Positions 14,104 to 25,763 of a stretch of DNA of 37,765 bases are shown here, piece by piece. The position numbers and the translations under genes were made by a program. Position 1 is the first letter of the stretch; each line of letters opens with the position of its first letter. The notes under the pieces are model-generated. The model was not told the DNA's origin. It ran no database searches and saw nothing but the letters and a program-made list of their open reading frames with translations. Source of the stretch: Intoshia linei. Lineage: Eukaryota > Animalia > Orthonectida. The stretch covers positions 1 through 37,765 of the forward strand of contig LWCA01000252.1 in the NCBI GenBank assembly GCA_001642005.1, given 5' to 3'.

Positions 14104-14670
14104 TCATTGTTTTGCATTCCATAGATAGTCTCCAAGCATATTTTTCATGTATTTAGATCGGTATCTATTTTCATATAGGAGGAATTGTTGGTGGAACCTC
14201 TTTCCATGTTCGTCGGACCAGGCTCCGCAATTTTCGGGAAAAATATTTAGGTGCCATTGTAAATAATGCATTTTTTACATTGATAGGTAAAAAAGATTTC
14301 TGATTTCAATGACGATGAATTTATAGTTTTCGATTTTTTAGCGTGTAATATTGGTAGGCTTTTTTGCGGTAGTAAGGTACTAATCTAGGAGTTAAACAAA
14401 AATAACAATCATTAGTATGATTTTTAGGCATAGACTATAGACGTGGAGTTTTAAAGTACATATAGCATACACTGTAAATATGTGATGGGGTCCAAATACT
14501 TTTTAGGTTTTTTGCTGACATCCCAAAAGTATGTTCGTATGCAATGATAATTGAATTTTTCATATCATACATTCTCTTTGATTTGATTTGACAAGGTAAA
14601 TGCCGCAGATGTAACAATACTTTGATGCGTTTTCGTAATTACACATGTTGTTTATAAGTTATCCATGATT
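14104..14670 (-). mobile_element. Chapaev3-like (CMC superfamily) transposase remnant, internally deleted and frameshifted
   Basis: Minus strand encodes the N-terminal zinc-finger-like YCYICGIY../IAYEHTFG..KSIWTPSHIYSVC. It also encodes the C-terminal KMHYLQWHLNIFPENCGAWSDEHGKRFHQQFLLYENRY..NMLGDYLW, matching the recalled HLDFFPENLGAVSDEHGERFHQ motif. Confidence 0.72.
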
Positions 14671-14993
14671 ACGATATCAATGAAACACAAAACAAAATAT
14701 CACTAGTAATAAGTATATACAGCTCAGTTGGAACTGTTACTGTAACTTCACTATTACAACAGATATCAAAATAATATTTTCGATATATGAATTTGTGTTT
14801 TATACTCTTTATATTAGTAGGATTAATAGTACGAGTTAATTTTTTTCTTGATAATTCGAGAAATTCGAAGCTCTAGTCGTGACCCATAAATAATTTAAGG
14901 GCCGATATCAGTTGATTAACATATCATTAAATGATGCATCCAGGCATATCGACCCGTGCAGGGTCTATTTTGTATAACTAATTAAACTTGTAG

Positions 14994-15125
14994 AAGACAC
15001 TTGAACCCATTATCAGAATTGTTAAAGAAAAAATGCAGGACGAAGACTACGTTAGAGCTTATCGATCTGTATTTGGTGTAATGATTGCATCATTGGTGAC
15101 AAAATTTTATAACGTAAAACCATGA
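14994..15125 (+). CDS. Globin exon 2 (G7-H helices), intact; exon 1 not found in window
   Basis: ttgtag acceptor followed by KTLEPIIRIVKEKMQDEDYVRAYRSVFGVMIASLVTKFYNVKP*. Clearly homologous to the exon 2 copies at 18938, 24750 and 30258. Confidence 0.78.
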   Translation, partial: KTLEPIIRIVKEKMQDEDYVRAYRSVFGVMIASLVTKFYNVKP

Positions 15126-15343
15126 TATTCCAAAAGAGTACAGATTTGCTTCTGTTCCATTATATTTTATGTATATTTCAAATATTTTATTATTTATGAT
15201 ATATGTGTATAATTAAATTGGTCACGTTATGGTGTTATATTTTCTTAATCTAATGTAGATTGTAGTAATATCATAAAATTTTTCTTTCTTTGTCACTTAT
15301 GTCGTTGATTAATCAAAATGAAACATTTATCTATGTTATATAT

Positions 15344-15644
15344 CAAGGGTCGGCAACCAGTGACCCATATAATAATTTTAATGCCCCTTTTAGTAAATAT
15401 GTAAATTACTTATTTTTTAACTTTTAAACACCGTTTTAAACACTTTCTACTAGAATTGGTTCATTATAATCATTTTAATACTGAATTTTCAAATCGCCCT
15501 GGGTTTTATTTTGTTGAATATACTAGAAACGTGTCTCTTTATTTGAAATTGAAATGTATCATGTGTAAATTTGAAAAAACAAGTCCCGTGGAATTTTTTG
15601 ATATAAAACAGTGGCCATGAGATACAAAAGGTTGCCGATCCTTG
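15344..15644. mobile_element. hAT-type MITE
   Basis: TIRs CAAGGGTCGGCAACC / GGTTGCCGATCCTTG with 8-bp TSD TTATATAT on both sides. Confidence 0.85.
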
Positions 15645-15982
15645 TTATATATTATACATACACTAATAAATAATAAATTTACATCTCTAACATTATTATC
15701 TCATAATGACTACATGTATTTACATTTAATCTACACTTTAATTTTTATTAATCTTTTGACCATTAGGCCACACTTGGAAGGAATTTAAAATCTAATCTTT
15801 TCGGGTAGGTTAATTTCGACTCTGATCCGACTCTGACGGCTAAATTTTTATGGGAACTGGGTATCTGGAATATAAAAACGTACACAGACTATGCAATCCG
15901 TCAAGTTCAATAATTCATCAACATTTTCCAACTGTAAACATGTTTACATACGATAGATGTTCGATTTTCGAATAGTATAAAT

Positions 15983-18900
15983 ATGCTAAAGTATAATTTA
16001 TTAAAAGTGTCATTTTGTGATATTAGTTTTGTCATAAAAACTTGGAATTCAATCATAAACACCAAAGAATGTGCAATATTGTTTTATAAACAATTATTTA
16101 CAATATATCCAAAATCTCAACTGTTTTTTAAGAAATTTCCCAAAGTTGAAATTAACGAATTAGAAAACAACAGTCAGTTTCTGTTTCAATGTATTTCTAC
16201 ATGGGAAGCAATTTCTCGTGGTATAAATTACTTGTCTTGTAATCTACTAGATGAAGCTAATGTGGAATTAATCAAATTTATTAAAATACATCGAAAAGTA
16301 GAAAATTTTCAAGGTTACATGTTTAAGGTAATGTAAATATTGAACACTTTTTGTTATATATTATACTTTTACGTACTTTACTTATATAAATTTGCAATCT
16401 ATTTAACCTACTATGTATAGTATATTATGTCTAATGTCTGTGTGTAACCGTCTATTTAAAAATATCACAGTAAGAATATAAAAACCCACTTTCTAATATA
16501 CATTTTTCGGGAGTGATGTTTATATCTATGTGTCATTTTCGGAAATTGAGTTATTCAGGGTCAAAAACCGATTTGACCTTTTTTAAAAATAAAATCGATC
16601 CAAAAACTTAATAAAACATAACTTCTGAAACACTTTTTAAAATAATAAACATTATCGTAAATCTCAGCCTCACAAACACACACATTCATTGTCAAAATCC
16701 CCAATTTCCCTGTTTAAAAAAGAAAACATGTCCAAAATTTTATAAAACTTATATTCTTGGATAGTTTTTAAAATAATAAGCATTATCACAGATCTCAACT
16801 TCAACAAAGTACTTTTTCATGATAAAAACACATAATCACCTTTTTTAACGAAATAAAAAGAGTCCTAGAATGAGTTAAAAAAGCACTTTATATTGATTTT
16901 TTTATTTCACCATTTAAAAAATATTGGTTGATAATATATTAGAACATATTAAAAGTTATTTTTGACGGGAATGCGTAGATTTCTGGGATTAAAATTTTGT
17001 TTTTATATTAACTTGAATAAGCAATATCAGAATAATTTTTTTTTAATTGTGATAAGTTATCACTGATAACGTAAATTATTAAAATTTTTTGGTTATAATA
17101 AAATAGTTTCGAAATGCAAAAAATGAATACTAAAGTGCTTTTTTGAACGTAAAGGCGTTATTTTGCTAGATTGAAATTTTTTAAGTGTGTTAGCTGGATA
17201 TAACTGTATCATCTGTATTTTTTTTTAAATTATAGGGTTGTTTTCATTTTTTAAAAAAAAGGGTAATCTGAGGTTTTGATCGTGAAAATAAACTTTTTTG
17301 AGGTTGCCATTTATGATAATGCTTATGATTTTATAAACTATCCCCAAATTTATATTGTATAAAATTCTAGAACTTTTTTCATTTTTACAAAAAAGGGTAA
17401 TTTTGGGTTTTGTCCATGAATATGTTTGTTTTAAAATTAAAAATTATCATAATATTGATGATTTTAAATTCTTAATCAGATTGTGGATTTTTTATAATTC
17501 TAGGACGGGTTTGAATTTAAAAAAGGACAATTGGGGTTTTGACCTTGAAGGACTCAATTTCTGAAAATAAAATTTACCGTAAAACAATCTATCTCGAAAA
17601 ACTGTAATAGAAATATAGAATTGCTAAAATTCGAATCTTCTTACATTTTTAAATAAAATGAAACAGACAGACACACAAACAAGCAGACATACAGATAAAC
17701 ATTTATGATTACTAAATTACTTTATATAAGTAAGGATTCTATAGCATATGTTCGCATTTATACAAATGTATGAAATTTTCATGTCGCTATATATATATTT
17801 GCATTTTGGCGTATAAAGGTAAAATAACAGGATTATAAATTAATTTGGATATTCCCTTTAGAAAATTATTTAAAATTAATTTTAACTTTTCATTTAATTT
17901 TTTCATTTTTAATTTACAGTCGTTAGAGTCTAAATCAGGGTTTTTTTTAACCTTTTTTAAATTTCGCTACCGGTTAGCCGGATCAATTTTTTCCAGCACC
18001 CTGTAAAAAATAAAAAAGTGTATCATTATATAATTATGGATATTTTGGGGTCCCTGTGAAAATTTAATAATCCACGGTAAAACGGTTTGGTTATTTCAGA
18101 TCTATTCAGCAAATTCAAATACAATTGTACTTTGTATAAATAATACTATTAAAATTTAATCAAAATCTGTTAAAGTAATTTTGAATATCTCAATAATAAT
18201 ATATCTTGTAGTACAACTACAAGTAAGTAGTGAGTTATCTACTCAGTCGAAAAATATTTTTAAAAATTATGCACAGACTACAATGTATGTAACATTTAAT
18301 TAAATTACATTAATTAATGTAAAAATGGAGCTACAATCAGTGACGATTCTGGCTAATCGAGATCACTCGGGCTAAAATTTTTATGACAACCACACATTTT
18401 TTTTTAAATTAACATAACTAAGATATAAATAATTTCTCAAAATTTTAGATGTAACCGCTTTATAAATTTAATCTATAGATTTATTTACTAGGTAAATTTA
18501 AATATGCCAGAGTTATATGTATTTAAAATTTAAATTGATTTAAACGTTTATGAAAATATTTCGCTTAGTGATTGTCAAGTGAATAATCTTTTCTGAATTT
18601 CAGAATCTGAATATATAATTGTGCTCATATTTACAAATTAGAAATTAATTTAACAATTATTAAATATTTTATTTTTTTTATTATTTTTCAAAAAATATAA
18701 AAATATCAACTCGGGCTTTGCCCGAGTAACCCGAGTTGGAGAGTCGCCACTGGCTACAATACATGTGTACCTATAAAAATGTATATACAATATATCAAAT
18801 CTTTCAATCTTTTTCTGAGTGGATCACCTTTAGTTTTTATTTACGTTAAAGGTACGTTTAGTAGTTTCATTTAGCGGGACATCAATTTTTTTTTAATGTA

Positions 18901-19087
18901 GACAATATGACTTAATATTTACCTAAAATAATTTTAGATGATGGTGAAACCAATCTGTCATGTAGTAAAAGAAAAAATACAAGACGAATCATATGTAAAA
19001 GCATATAAAACAGTATTTACAATCATATCCAATTTATTATGCGAACATTTCGACAATATCCAATATGATGATAAAATTGTAAAGTAA
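15983..19087 (+). CDS. Globin 1 (164 aa, divergent Cys-rich paralog), exons 15983-16327 and 18938-19087
   Basis: Globin fold landmarks: TrpA12 (IKTW), FYKQLFTIYPKSQLFF (ProC2, PheCD1), GlnE7, proximal HisF8 (KIHRK). Donor AAG|GTAATG and acceptor TTTTAG|ATG place the intron at G7.0. Confidence 0.88.
16374..17736. mobile_element. Two opposed Helitron-related fragments in the globin 1 intron (+ copy from ~16374, - copy with 5' TC end at 17736)
   Basis: ACTTTACTTATATAAA..GTCTGTGTG on + and A|TCCTTACTTATATAAAG..GTTTGTGTGTCTGTCTG on -. Internal blocks (e.g. GGGAATGCGTAGATTTCT, GGGGTTTTGACC) are shared with the 20116-21659 element. Confidence 0.62.
18338..18752. mobile_element. hAT-type MITE
   Basis: TIRs CAGTGACGATTCT / AGAGTCGCCACTG, subterminal CTCGGG/CCCGAG motifs, perfect 8-bp TSD GCTACAAT. 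Confidence 0.85.
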
Positions 19088-19171
19088 TATAAACATAAAT
19101 AACTATTAATATGTTAAATTGTAATAAAAAATTTATATACAGAGTAAAATGTACTGCTAAATAATTTAAAA

Positions 19172-19750
19172 TTAAACATGATGAATATGATAATGTGCAT
19201 AAGAATTTTTACAATACTTGTAAATTCGAAAACGTCTACGTAATCTGAACAATTGTGTTGCAAATTCATGTTTTCTATTTTCAAGAGTAATTTTATTTAA
19301 ATTATTTTTTACATTTCTCCAATTTTCTCTAGATGATTTTTCATAGTGGCGAAATTTTAAATTTCGTAGAGAAAGTTTATTTAAATGGACCAAATTTGAT
19401 TTTTCATCATGTTTCTCAATTCTATAAATTGGTTCATTAATGTGATTTGCCATTTGTCTTGATTGGAATACTCTCGTTCTATTTTCAATTTTCGGTTCAT
19501 TGAATGATTGCAAGTGGTCATCAAAGTTTTTCCACGGCTTTGAACATGCATGTAGATTGAATCCTCGTCTAACAGTTTCAATGTTTGCTTCAATTGTTTT
19601 AGTGTTAGTTTTAGTTGGATTTTTTTGGTTTTTTAAAATTTTTAATTTTTTCAAATGTTTTCCATTTTTTTGATCGTTTTGGTCTTGATTATCCTTATTA
19701 AATTTATTTGTTTTATTAATCGGTTGGAATTTTTTATCATTTTTTAACAT
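19172..19750 (-). CDS. Hypothetical basic protein (~192 aa from ATG 19750; may be a terminal exon)
   Basis: Open for more than 600 nt in very AT-rich DNA, with non-low-complexity C-terminal two thirds. Converges on the globin 1 3' end. No recognisable domain. Confidence 0.5.
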   Translation of the reverse strand: MLKNDKKFQPINKTNKFNKDNQDQNDQKNGKHLKKLKILKNQKNPTKTNTKTIEANIETVRRGFNLHACSKPWKNFDDHLQSFNEPKIENRTRVFQSRQMANHINEPIYRIEKHDEKSNLVHLNKLSLRNLKFRHYEKSSRENWRNVKNNLNKITLENRKHEFATQLFRLRRRFRIYKYCKNSYAHYHIHHV

Positions 19751-20115
19751 TAAAATTAAAAATTTGATAATTTTAACTTTACACAATGCTGTTATCCAAA
19801 CGTAATCAAGTCTATAATTTTGAAACTAATTTAGTGACCCATATACCATGTTCTCATTAAAGTTTAAAATTTTGGTTAAAAAGTAAATTTAATAAATAGT
19901 AGCATGTCAATGTTAATCAATTTATTGATTGACTGTCCCAAAATTTAGTGATTAAATTTTTAATTTACATAAATACAAATGTATTAGTACATCTTATGTT
20001 TAATGTTATTTTTATTAATTACAATTATAATGTATGTTTATTAAAAAATTAATTTATTACATTTTATACATTGTTATTGCAGTGATTGATAAAATTGACT
20101 ATTTATATATCCAAA

Positions 20116-21659
20116 CTAGCTTGGCTGTTTTGTACTACGTACAAACAGCACCTAGCTCTGCCGAAGGCACTCTTTTATTATACCAAAAAAATAAAAAAAT
20201 ATTCACGTTGAAAATCTAACTTAAAAATCCTACTATTAACTATTATCAATCCTTTAAAGGAGTGGTTCCCAAATTTGTTTCACATGGAACTGTCATAACA
20301 TTACTTTTTACTTTAAAGTGAGTTATTCCATCTTAATTTTTTTTGTTAACATTTGCGTAAAGAATTTTCAAAACAATTATTATCCCATTTTATTTATTTA
20401 TTAAACAGAATGTGTGTATAATATTAAAAATAAAGTAAAAACAGTCCAATCCTAAAAATTGTCATAAATAGCATAAATTCCAGAAAAAATAAAATTAAGA
20501 AACCTATTTTGTCATTTTCAATGTGATGACATATATTCAGTATCAATTTAATAAATAAATCCTAAAAATTGTCATAAATAGCATAAATTCCAGAAAAAAT
20601 AAAATTATAAACTATTTTGTTATTTTGAGTGTGATGACATACAAATGTATATTCAGTACCAATTTAATAAATACTTAAAAAAATACCAATTGTGTATCAA
20701 TAATTAATTAAATAATTAATTTTACCATTATTGCAAAGCATTGTAATATAAAAATTATTGATGTTAAAAATGTGTCCATACTTTTGGTCTTTTTTCTTGT
20801 GAATGTTACTTTTCTTTTTAACATTTTCAAATTAAATTAAGTTAGTATCAAAACATTTATAAATTCATTGCCGTAGATGTTCAAAATGTTTAGAAAATAA
20901 AAATTTGAAATTTAAAAATTGCGTAGCAATGAAAAAAATTCCGAAGAAAAGAATTATATAGATTTTCACCCATATTTCTTGACTGGAAATGTGTAGACGT
21001 ACAATCCACATTTTTTTTGAAATTGTAGGAATTTACATTTTCAATTTTTTATTTTAATTGATTTATTTGAAAAATATTGGTTGAATATATTAAAAGTATT
21101 TTTCACCGGGAATGCGTAGATTTCTCGGGTTGAACTTTTGTATTTATATCAACTGGAATAGGTTCTATCAGAATAATTTTTTTTTAATTTTCGGACCATT
21201 AATTATTTCATATTTTTTGTTTTAATAAAATATTTCGGTAAAAAAATATATAAATACTAAAATGCTTTTTTGACCGTAAAGTCGTCACTTATTTGGATTA
21301 AAATTTTTGAAATTCTAGGGCTGTTTTGATTAAAAAAAGAAGCGTAATTTGTGGTTTTGGCTCTGAAGATATAATTTTTTTAAATTGAAATTTATGATAA
21401 TGTTTACAATTTTAAAATCCGCATCAGCGTATATATTTTGTTAAATTCTCCAACTTGTCTAATTTTCAAAAAAAGGGACAACAGGGGTTTTTGACCCTTA
21501 AGATGTGAAATTGGGAGGTTGAAATTTATCTTATTATACGTCCCGGAAAAAACTGTAATTGAAATGTTGTCTTTAAAAAATTCTAAGAGTGCTAGTTATT
21601 TCAAAAAAGTAACACACACACACAAACAAAAATAGCGTTGCATTTTATATAAGTTAGGA
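20116..21659 (-). mobile_element. Full-length non-autonomous Helitron
   Basis: Minus strand reads A|TCCTAACTTATATAAAATGC..GTTTGTGTGTG at the 5' end, and hairpin GCTGTTTGTAC-GTA-GTACAAAACAGC followed by CAAGCTAG|T at the 3' end. Inserted between A and T with no TSD. Internal ~112-bp tandem duplication at ~20445-20672. Confidence 0.82.
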
Positions 21660-22453
21660 TTGATTAATAGCATTTATTACAACCAACGACACGACAAAAC
21701 TACAAAATCTAATATTACATAAGCCAAGTGTTTATAAACCTATTATACTCGATGCTCCGAAAATTAAGAACAAATAAAAAAAATTGCCACAAATTAATTC
21801 CATATCGCTAATAGCCACTTTCTAGTCCATGATGTGGACTTAAAACATTTAAATTAACAACTACACTAACAAATAAAACTAGTAATTTACAAGATTGAAA
21901 AATATTTTATTTTTAAAATTCTCACTTGCAAAAATGAGCTTAATTGGGCATCTTCAATTTTTTACAGAGAATTATTGGTTATATATATATGGGTCGATTC
22001 GAGATACTGATCCAGATGTACCCATAGATGACCGTATCCATAATCGATATGTATATAGTCGATTCTATATAAAATTGACTAACAATAAGAACTTACTTAT
22101 GAATTATGGAGGGGCGATTATAAAAACGGATTGAGAATCCGTGCAATAAAATATTGAGAAATGAATTGATTATGTTCGTTTAATTGACGTCACTTTCTTA
22201 AATTATATTTTAATTAATGAATGCATTGTTTATCTTAGTCTTCGTCATTTTGCTACACCGTAACGCGTGAGAAGACAAGAATTTCAATGTATACTGATAA
22301 TAAAGTGTTTAATGAAAAAAATAATTAAATTTAATCCACTTTAAAAACATACTTCAGATGAATTTTACCAACATTGGAAAGCAATTTCAAAGCATAAAAA
22401 TGTTTTAATTATTTCCATGTAATTCTCGCGCCTGGTGATTGAGTTCCAACTGT

Positions 22454-22710
22454 TTAATTTTGGGTTTTATTTTGGTTAATTTCATAACAATATTTCATCT
22501 TTGACAAATTAATTTTGTTTCTATTTTTAGTCAATATTTTATTAACAGAACTGAAACTACTTTCAACCATGTAAGAGGTTGGAAAAAACAATAATATCCT
22601 TGACATTTTTGAATGCATTAGTGGATAAAGTGATTTTGAAGACTCACATCCCCACAATGAAAAATTTCCACCTTTCTCAAAACGGTACTTGGCTTCTTCG
22701 TCATTTTAAC
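22454..22710 (-). mobile_element. hAT (Charlie/Buster-like) transposase C-terminal dimerisation-domain remnant
   Basis: Translation YPLMHSKMSRILLFFPTSYMVESSFSSVNKILTKNRNKI fits the hATC FPTSYLxExxFS..KxRNRL pattern. Confidence 0.75.
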
Positions 22711-23159
22711 ATTTTGATTGAATTTTAGAAATTAAAATAATGGTGAAATGAGAAATGAGTCAAAAGTAATGTTGTATTGGTGAAGTTGCAGTTATCCATG
22801 AATATGTTATACATTATACATGTTTCATAATTTATTTAAGATTCGAATTCTCTGATACAAGCTCATTTGATTTGATCTTCATTCGATAATACTACAAGTA
22901 ACATCTATGATTTTCAGTGGTGTAGCGTCATAGTGTGCAAAATGTTCGCCGAACACCCTAGAAAACTTAAAAAATTTATATTTTGACCCACTTTTGATAT
23001 TATTTATTTACATTACGTACTGTTCACGTTATATTATGTTACATCGTACACGTATTTGACATGTGTGAATTATAATTAGTTACGTTAGTTATGTTACGAA
23101 ATAAAAAAAAATAAATACCAAAGTGGTTAAAAATTAAAAATTTTTGCGTGTGTTCACTA

Positions 23160-23410
23160 TAGATAACCGTATAAGCTGTAATTTTTTTTAAATTCCAGGA
23201 CCATTTTTATTTTTTAAAAAAATGGTAATCTGGGTTTTTATTGTGAAAATTCACTTTTTTGAGGTTACCATTTATGATAATGCTTATGATTTTAAAAACT
23301 ATTCCAGAATTTATGTTATATAAAATTTTGGGACATATTTAATTTTTAAAAAAATGGGTAATTTGGAGTTTTGACCATGAAGGATTGCATTTATGAGGCT
23401 GATATGTACG
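23160..23410 (-). mobile_element. Helitron-related internal fragment
   Basis: Closely matches 17200-17420 (GGTAATCT..TTTTTTGAGGTT.CCATTTATGATAATGCTTATGATTTTA). Confidence 0.6.
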
Positions 23411-23578
23411 ACAATGTTATGTTATGAAACTGTTAACCTAAATATCTGCAAGGGTCTTTTCAAGTTTTTTTTTACCGTTGTAATTAACTATAGCGACGAT
23501 ATGTAACCAGTAATTATTATCATTTGATAAAAATTTATATATAAAGTTTTACATTTATTTAAAATATTTTTAAATTAG

Positions 23579-23695
23579 CTGGCACTGGAACCACTTTTAT
23601 ATGTGGTTAAATAAAAGTTCATAACACAAGCTTATATAGAAGCCTACAAGAACGTATTTAGTACAATTTTTGATACAATTATATCAAATTATTGA
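23579..23695 (+). pseudogene. Globin pseudo-exon 2 with premature stop; no exon 1
   Basis: AATTAG|LALEPLLYVVK*KFITQAYIEAYKNVFSTIFDTIISNY*. TAA at 23612-23614 replaces the GAA (Glu) seen in the paralogs. Confidence 0.85.
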
Positions 23696-23879
23696 TAAAC
23701 TAATTTAAACTTAAACTTAAAAGAAAAATTTACTACAAGTTGTAGTTCAATAAATATTACTTGTCTTTCATAATTATTATTGTTGGCGAAAGAGGCGTTA
23801 ATAAATTTTGTTGAATGTGTCGCATTGACAAAAATCAGTAAATACGTAAAATTAAATTTATAATTTAATTACGGATTAT

Positions 23880-23950
23880 GGAACGACGGATATATTATCC
23901 TGATTGACTAAATGTAATCGATTTCTTCACGCGATGGAAAATATAAATGG
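23880..23950 (+). promoter_or_regulatory. Putative globin 2 promoter block, shared with the globin 3 upstream region
   Basis: GGAACGACG..GATATATTATC..CTAAATGTAAT here versus GGAAAGACG..GATATATTATC..CTAATGTGAT at ~27676-27725, at a similar distance from the ATG. TATAAAT at ~23942. Confidence 0.4.
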
Positions 23951-24038
23951 TTATTGTTATCCACATTATTGTCTAATCATTAGATTCTAATGGTTATTAT
24001 TAAATATTGTAATTATTCATTCTTATTTGATTTTAAAT

Positions 24039-24866
24039 ATGGTATCATTAAATCTTTCAGGTCTTACTAAAACTGATATAAACATGGTGTTGGGTAGTTG
24101 GGAAAGCATCAATAATGACGAAGCATCATCTATATTCTACAGAGAGTTGTTTAATACTTATCCAGATACTAAAAGTCTTTTCGTAAAGTTTTATAGTGTT
24201 GACAATGATAAACTCATTGATAACCCGGCTGCGTTGAAACAACTCAGGGTTACGTGGACGGCTATAACTACTCTTATTGATTATTTGAAAAAAGGCAGAA
24301 TTGACGAGGCCAACAAAGCAATTGATTATTTGATTGAAAAGCACAGAAAAATCAAAACGTTTCAAGGACCAATGTTTAATGTATATTTATATATAATAAT
24401 TTTTGTTGGTAAAAATTTAAAGCATACCTTGTTATTCCGTCAAAAAATGGTTTTAATAATTCTGTATAATCAATGCATGTAAGAATGCCTTCATTATTTC
24501 CAATTTAAAAAATTTTAGCTGTGATGAATGAAATGTTTTCTATCTTATCTATTTTTTAAATATTGATTTAATTCCATTTTGAAGTGTATATTTACATTTT
24601 ATTTACAGGTTTTTATGTGACACTCACTGTAAATAGAATATTTTATATACAGTGTATTTATAAAAACTCGAAAAAAATTAAATTTAATATTTTTTAAAAT
24701 ACTGTTAATACTGAGATATTTAAATGTATAATTAATATTTTAAAATCAGATGGCACTGGAACCACTCTTGTATTTGGTTAAAGAAAAATTGACAAGTCAA
24801 GCTTATATCGACGCTTACAAGAAGGTTTTTGGTGCGATTTTTTTAACAATTATATCAAAATATTGA
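24039..24866 (+). CDS. Globin 2 (152 aa), exons 24039-24380 and 24750-24866
   Basis: SWE (A12), FYRELFNTYPDTKSLF (TyrB10, ProC2, PheCD1), NPAALKQLRVTW (GlnE7, ThrE11), EKHRK (HisF8). G7.0 intron AAT|GTATAT..ATCAG|ATG. AATAAA downstream. Confidence 0.92.
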
Positions 24867-25763
24867 CACAATTTTACACATAAACGAAAACTCAATTTTA
24901 GATAAAATAATTCAATGCATCTCAATAACTTATATATTAATAAATATTAAACTATTTCATAATTATACTACATAGGTTCAATATATCATTTGATTCAAGG
25001 TTCATGATTCAGATGGAAAAATGTACAGAACTGGGGAAAAGGCGTAGGGTCACATGGTCAAGGCCTATAATCATGAGGGCCTACTTTTTTAATTTATTAA
25101 TTGATCGGTAATGTTGGGAAATTTTCCAAGCATGTCAAAATTATTTAATACTTAAATGTTTTATATGGGCTTTTCCAAGAAATGTCTGTAAATAGCCCGA
25201 TTGGTGGAACATGCTTTCATAAAGCCATTTTAAAATTTTTCAAAATTATACAAAATGCGCAAAAATTTACTTTGATATGGATAAAGTGGCCAAAGTCAAA
25301 ATGTAACTTTTTGATACAAATATTTTAAATTACTTTTGAATAAAATCTAATTTAAACTTTTTAAATTTGATGTAAATTGGTATATTTATTACACAATAAA
25401 ATAACCACAAAATTTAAATTAAGTCATTTTAACATGTTTTAAATACACACATAAATAATAATGTGAATTTTGTATCTAATCAATCCAATCAAAAACTTAA
25501 ATCGACCCAAAGAGGATGATTCTTCCATTATTGTGAACCACTTTTCAGTACAGATCAGTATTGTTACTATCAACTTTAAATCTTTACTTTAGACATAAAA
25601 CTTATGTCTAATAAAAGAATTTTCTTTAAATTTTAATATCGGCAAATTTTAATTGATTAAAAAAAGTCAAACATGTAACTTTTTGATAAAAATATTTTAA
25701 ATTGCCCTTCAATAAAATTAGAGTAAAAAAAACTATGTAATTTGAGTAAAATAATATATTGCA

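Noticed and set aside
15983-16050. Globin 1 as an annelid-type secreted giant-haemoglobin chain
   Set aside because: No signal peptide, Cys spacing differs from the conserved A/H disulfide pattern, and no linker-chain gene was seen.
21780-22270. Less AT-rich block with ORF 21895-22134 and a minus-strand 32-nt GTAAGT..TATAG intron-like segment; considered as globin exon 1 or upstream exons of the 19172 ORF
   Set aside because: No globin similarity, and stops prevented building a continuous frame. May be a decayed gene.
24381-24482. C-terminal extensions of globin ORFs in the track (also 28168-28335 and the N-terminal TTG extensions)
   Set aside because: Intron read-through and non-ATG starts. 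True G/H helices lie in the downstream exons.
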